A stretch of DNA of 36,814 nucleotides, taken from positions 1 through 36,814 of the forward strand of contig JBDRZD010000009.1 in assembly GCA_039803745.1 (NCBI GenBank), read 5' to 3'. Both the position numbers and the translations under genes were made by a program. Of this stretch, positions 32,708-36,814 are shown one piece after another. Numbering within the stretch: the first letter of the stretch is position 1; every line of letters begins with the position of its first letter. The notes below the pieces were generated by a model. The model did not search any database. It was given only the letters and a program-made list of their open reading frames with translations, and was not told the DNA's origin. Source of the DNA: a candidate division WOR-3 bacterium (lineage in GTDB: Bacteria; Hydrothermota; Hydrothermia; Hydrothermales; Hydrothermaceae).

Positions 32708-34311
32708 TACATTTCCCTTTTATTATAAAATTTTATACCACTCAAAAAGAATATAATTATTAAAAGAATTGATATGAAAAGAGTTATTAAAAAATTTAAA
32801 AACATATTGTAAATATTCCCTGTTTTTGCATAAATATAAACAGGATTTGCTATTATGGAATCCATTAAAAAAACATAAAGTATTGTGATAACTGCTGCGA
32901 AAAAGGCGCCTGTGCTTGAAGCAATCTTTGAAGGATTTGTTTCATTTAAGGATGGATAAATTATGCCAATTGATATGGAAATTACACTAACTGAGATTGA
33001 TTCTATTAGAAGAACAAGGTTAAAGTATTTTTTAAAAATGTTTGGTATTTTCAAATTAAGGGAATTGATTGTAAAATTATAAGTGAAATAAGTTAAAATT
33101 ACAAAAATTAATAACCAAACAAGTGTTTTTGAAGATATATAAAAACTACTTTTTACTGGAGAAATTTTTAAAAATTTTAACCCTTTTCCTTCAAGTGAAT
33201 ATGTGGGGAATAAGAACCTTATTGAGAGTGTTGCAAAAAGATAACCTAAGAATATGAAATTTCCTATCCCGATAAAAATGTGCCATAATGGGTGGGTGAA
33301 ATAAATGGGTGTTCTTCTAATAGAGAGCACATAAAATAAAACTAAAACGAGCAAAAATATTGCCTGGGAGAATTGCGAAAAATCCCTTATTATACTTTTC
33401 ATCTCTTTAATCCATATCTGAAGCACTTTTGAATAGAAAATTGGAGCTTTAATTTTAAATTCTTTTTTATAAATTCTTTTACCTTCTTCTCCTATTTGAA
33501 TGTGTTCAACAAGATTAAATACAGGGAAAAGAAGAATAAAAGACACAGGGAAAAGAAGAAGGTTTAATATAAGATAAATTCCATCATAATTTAAAAAATT
33601 AATTATCCATCTTGAGGGTAAAAAATACGGTGATATTCCTCCAAGTTTTTGCAAATATACTGCAAGAATCCTTATATCTTCAATTTCTTTAAATATCTTA
33701 AAAATTTCTGGTCTAAACATTCTCATATAAAGAAAAAGATAAAGTATAAAGAAACTCGTGAGCATGAGCATTATACCTTCCCTTGTAATTTTTGGGAATA
33801 ATTTGAGTATTATTATTAAAAATAATATTCCTAAAAATGAAGGGATCAATAAATAAAAGGGTAAAGAAAGAATTATTAAAAAGATTTTGATAAAGGAGAT
33901 TGAAAAAACTTTAAAATAAGAATAAAGAAGCGGTAATATTAGAAGGCAGGGAGCCCATGAACTATAAATAATTGTTTCTGTAAATTTTAATAAATATATT
34001 TTATTTCTTTTTAAAGGGAACCTCAAAAGAAATTCAATTTCCTTATCTTTTAAAAAAGTTCCAAAGGCTGTTACAGCATTTGATAAAATTAAAAAGAAGA
34101 AGAGCGAAAAGAGTACAAGATCAAGTATTTTAATCCCTATTATTTCTCCAAGCACTCCTATATTTTTTAAAATTGAAAATATTTTTGTGAGTATTTTTAT
34201 AAATCCAAATAAAAAGAGAATGGAAATTAAAGAAGGAACCAAAAATTTCTTATATTCCCTTTCTTTTAAAAAAAATTTAAGATATTTTAATTTTAATAAA
34301 AAAAGATTCAT
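32707..34311 (-). CDS. Polytopic membrane protein, putative ABC exporter permease
   Basis: About 12 hydrophobic segments, EFLLRFP, K..E....S, LPSRW, KE.....RD..Q and FP..SLEG.G...L..SP. Confidence 0.65.
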   Translation of the reverse strand: MNLFLLKLKYLKFFLKEREYKKFLVPSLISILFLFGFIKILTKIFSILKNIGVLGEIIGIKILDLVLFSLFFFLILSNAVTAFGTFLKDKEIEFLLRFPLKRNKIYLLKFTETIIYSSWAPCLLILPLLYSYFKVFSISFIKIFLIILSLPFYLLIPSFLGILFLIIILKLFPKITREGIMLMLTSFFILYLFLYMRMFRPEIFKIFKEIEDIRILAVYLQKLGGISPYFLPSRWIINFLNYDGIYLILNLLLFPVSFILLFPVFNLVEHIQIGEEGKRIYKKEFKIKAPIFYSKVLQIWIKEMKSIIRDFSQFSQAIFLLVLVLFYVLSIRRTPIYFTHPLWHIFIGIGNFIFLGYLFATLSIRFLFPTYSLEGKGLKFLKISPVKSSFYISSKTLVWLLIFVILTYFTYNFTINSLNLKIPNIFKKYFNLVLLIESISVSVISISIGIIYPSLNETNPSKIASSTGAFFAAVITILYVFLMDSIIANPVYIYAKTGNIYNMFLNFLITLFISILLIIIFFLSGIKFYNKREM

Positions 34312-34314
34312 CCA

Positions 34315-34902
34315 TTATATATAACCAAGTTCTTCAAGTCTTTTTTTCACAATTTCTTCTTCCTCTTCTGTATAACCCCTTTTTATATAACCTTTATTCT
34401 CCAAAAAATTTAATATTTTTTCAACACATTCTTCAATGCTTTCTTTATCGGTCTCGCATACAACCTCAGGATTTAAAGGTTCTTCATAAGGATCATCTAT
34501 TCCTGTAAAACCTTTAATTTTGCCTTCAATTGCCATTTTATACATTCCCTTTACATCCCTTTGCATGCAAATTTCAATTGGTGCTTTTACATATATTTCA
34601 ACAAATTTTTCAATTTTTTCTCTTGCTTTCTCTCTTGCATCTCTAAAAGGTGATACAAGGGCAACAATTGGAACAACACCACATTCTGTTAAAATTTTTG
34701 CAACAACAGATACCCTCCTTATATTTTCTCTTCTATCTTCTTCAGAAAAGCCAAGATCAACATTAAGTTCCTTTCTTATTATATCTCCATCAAGAATATA
34801 AGTTTTTTTGCCAATTTCTTCAAGTTTCTCCTTGATTTTTTTAGCAAGTGTTGACTTACCTGAACATGGAAGTCCTGTAAACCAGAGACAAAATTCTTTC
34901 AT
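34315..34902 (-). CDS. cysC: Adenylyl-sulfate (APS) kinase
   Basis: WFTGLPCSGKST, LDGD.IR, DLGFS..DR.ENIRR, RDVKGMY and FTGIDDPYEEP..PE. Confidence 0.96.
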   Translation of the reverse strand: MKEFCLWFTGLPCSGKSTLAKKIKEKLEEIGKKTYILDGDIIRKELNVDLGFSEEDRRENIRRVSVVAKILTECGVVPIVALVSPFRDAREKAREKIEKFVEIYVKAPIEICMQRDVKGMYKMAIEGKIKGFTGIDDPYEEPLNPEVVCETDKESIEECVEKILNFLENKGYIKRGYTEEEEEIVKKRLEELGYI

Positions 34903-34910
34903 AATAAATA

Positions 34911-34984
34911 ATTATAAAGAAAAAAGACATTTTATTCCAAATTTTATTTATTGTTTGAGAATTTTAAATATTTAACTTTATAAT
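34911..34984. promoter_or_regulatory. Back-to-back sigma70 promoters for the cysC operon and the propeller gene
   Basis: Minus: TTGGAA(34935-34940)-N18-TATAAT(34911-34916), 8 nt to ATG 34902. Plus: TTGAGA(34955-34960)-N18-TATAAT(34979-34984), 6 nt to ATG 34991. Confidence 0.65.
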
Positions 34985-34990
34985 TAAGTT

Positions 34991-36814
34991 ATGGAAAAGA
35001 TGCTTTTTTTAATTCTTTTTTCTTTTAACTGGACCCATTATACAAATTCAGGTGATATAATTTCTTTTGCTACCAGAGATTCAATTTTATATGCAGGAAC
35101 AAATGGCGGTTTTTTGATTATAAATATGGAAAGGGATTCTATTGTGGAAAAATATACTGGTTCAGAAGGGCTTTTAGAAAATGAAATCATTGATCTTGAG
35201 TTATCTCCATTTGGCGGAATATGGATAGGTTATAAAAGTAAAGGGCTCTCTTATTTTAAAGAAAACAATTTTTATCATTATGATTTTTCTCAAATTGCTT
35301 CAACTTATATATTTGATATTCTTTTTTATGAAAATTATCTCATTATATGTGATACAAATTCCCTCAAAGTTATTGATACAAAAGGAACTGAAAAGATAGA
35401 AGATGATTATATTTATTTTATAAGGACCCCGGAATGGAGCAATAATGATTTAATTAAATATGCTGCAATTTTAAGAGATACTATTTTTTTAGCAAGTAAA
35501 AATTCGGTCTATTATGAATCCTTTGATAAATTTATCGCAGGCATTTCTCCTAATACTTTGATTCAAAACATTTCTATCAATTCTATTAAAGTTTGTGGTG
35601 ATTCCCTTTTTATTCTTACTCAAAATGGTTTTTATATATACCCTTCCCTTTCCCCTCAGATGAGCTGGGCAAAAATATATGATATAACAAAAACTGATTC
35701 AATGTATTTTCTGGGAACTAATGTAGGTGTGTTTTATTGGACATCACAAGGAAGCGGAAAAGTTTTTAACACTATGGAATGGAATAGGGTTTATGTTTAT
35801 AAAGGTAAGATTTTTGCAGGAAATCGCGGAAGAAAAGACTTAAATACTGGAAAGGGTATTTTTATTTATAATGATTCCTTATTATATAATGTTAAGGGTA
35901 AGATAAGAGAACTTGCATCTAACACGATTTCCTCTCTTACTTCTTATAAAAATGGATTTGCATGTGGATTCAGAAGCGTAGGGGGGTACAGCAGTGTTTC
36001 AATTGTGTACTATGATGGTAGAATATTTGATGGTTTTGATAATTGGACAAGGGGTGTTGCAAGATTTGATGATAAAATAATTGCAGCAAGGTTTGGTGGA
36101 GGAGGAATGTTTATCCTTGATAGTACCGCTTCTATTATTGACACAATATTTGAACCAGGTCAAGCCTTTCATACAGTAAAATATGTTCCAGAAGAAAGTC
36201 TCATAATAGCTTCCCGTGTTGATATTGGTAGTATTATTTTTTATAGTTTTAAAGGACAAGAAATTCCTCCAAAAACTTTACAGGAGTATATAAACGATGT
36301 TGAATGGGATAAGGGGATAATTTGGGTGGTTACAGGCCCATCAACTCAGATAATAAAGATTGATTTAGGAGAAAATATTTATGACCCAGTTGATGATAAG
36401 GTAGAAATTATAAATCCAGGTATAAGCTTCTGTGCACTTGATATAGAGGTTGATAATTATTATATTTATATTGCTTCAACGAATGGATTTTATATTTATA
36501 AAAAGGAACCTTTTGGTTTATATTTAGATTTAACAGATATTTTACCTGATCCCTTTTGTCTTGGAGTCGAAGTGGATAAAAGAAAGGATTTATGGGTTTT
36601 GACATTAAAGGGGCTTATTAAAATTAAATATGGTTATAAAGATTATGAATTATTTTTACCGGGTCCTTATTCAATTATGGAAATAACTGATCCTGGTGAA
36701 AATCCACAACTTTCCATGGGTTCAGAAGTTCTTGATATTGATGAGGAAAATTCTAAAATAATATGTGGAACATTAAAAGGTGTTGCTATTTTAAATCTAA
36801 GAGAGGATTATTAT
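34991..36814 (+). CDS. Secreted beta-propeller protein (PorZ-like / regulator-propeller repeats), partial; continues beyond the right edge
   Basis: Manual translation: MEKMLFLILFSFNWTHYTNSGDIISF...LYAGTNGGF...YTGSEGLLENEIIDL...GGIWIGY, ending ICGTLKGVAILNLREDYY in the same frame. It is absent from the ORF track, consistent with no in-frame stop in the window (at least 608 aa). Confidence 0.82.
   Translation, partial: MEKMLFLILFSFNWTHYTNSGDIISFATRDSILYAGTNGGFLIINMERDSIVEKYTGSEGLLENEIIDLELSPFGGIWIGYKSKGLSYFKENNFYHYDFSQIASTYIFDILFYENYLIICDTNSLKVIDTKGTEKIEDDYIYFIRTPEWSNNDLIKYAAILRDTIFLASKNSVYYESFDKFIAGISPNTLIQNISINSIKVCGDSLFILTQNGFYIYPSLSPQMSWAKIYDITKTDSMYFLGTNVGVFYWTSQGSGKVFNTMEWNRVYVYKGKIFAGNRGRKDLNTGKGIFIYNDSLLYNVKGKIRELASNTISSLTSYKNGFACGFRSVGGYSSVSIVYYDGRIFDGFDNWTRGVARFDDKIIAARFGGGGMFILDSTASIIDTIFEPGQAFHTVKYVPEESLIIASRVDIGSIIFYSFKGQEIPPKTLQEYINDVEWDKGIIWVVTGPSTQIIKIDLGENIYDPVDDKVEIINPGISFCALDIEVDNYYIYIASTNGFYIYKKEPFGLYLDLTDILPDPFCLGVEVDKRKDLWVLTLKGLIKIKYGYKDYELFLPGPYSIMEITDPGENPQLSMGSEVLDIDEENSKIICGTLKGVAILNLREDYY

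Noticed and set aside
35999..36605. Two minus-strand ORFs (86 and 65 aa) at the right end
   Set aside because: Antisense to the long plus-strand propeller ORF starting at 34991.

Overview
Gene-dense, low-GC bacterial chromosomal window. The Lys/Glu-rich proteins and FCB-type genes suggest a thermophile, possibly WOR-3-like, but that is an inference. No rRNA, tRNA, CRISPR array or mobile element was seen. Gene order: 5' end of a type IV pilin (minus strand, missing from the ORF track); pdxJ; a lipoprotein; a pilB-pilB-pilT cluster followed by a divergent class III nucleotide-cyclase-like gene and an atypical GGDEF gene; ligA-nadM; an M23 peptidase; a truncated complex I operon (nuoABCDHIJKL, without EFG or MN); a C26 amidohydrolase; hslU-MEMO-[MCP-like/SBP5 fusion]-DUF763-dtd; an FCB-type GATase-like protein; a DAG kinase family gene; cysC-membrane protein-yqgF-mutL-miaA; and a long beta-propeller ORF running off the right end (also missing from the ORF track). 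Three results stand out. (1) A candidate second-messenger module sits in the pilus motor operon: two MshEN-bearing PilB paralogues, an adenylate-cyclase-like protein lacking its catalytic Arg, and a GGDEF enzyme lacking the guanine-specifying Asp (Hypr-like, possible cGAMP synthase). (2) A soluble protein carries two degenerate chemoreceptor hairpins fused to a family-5 solute-binding domain. (3) Eight of ten operon-leading genes look leaderless.
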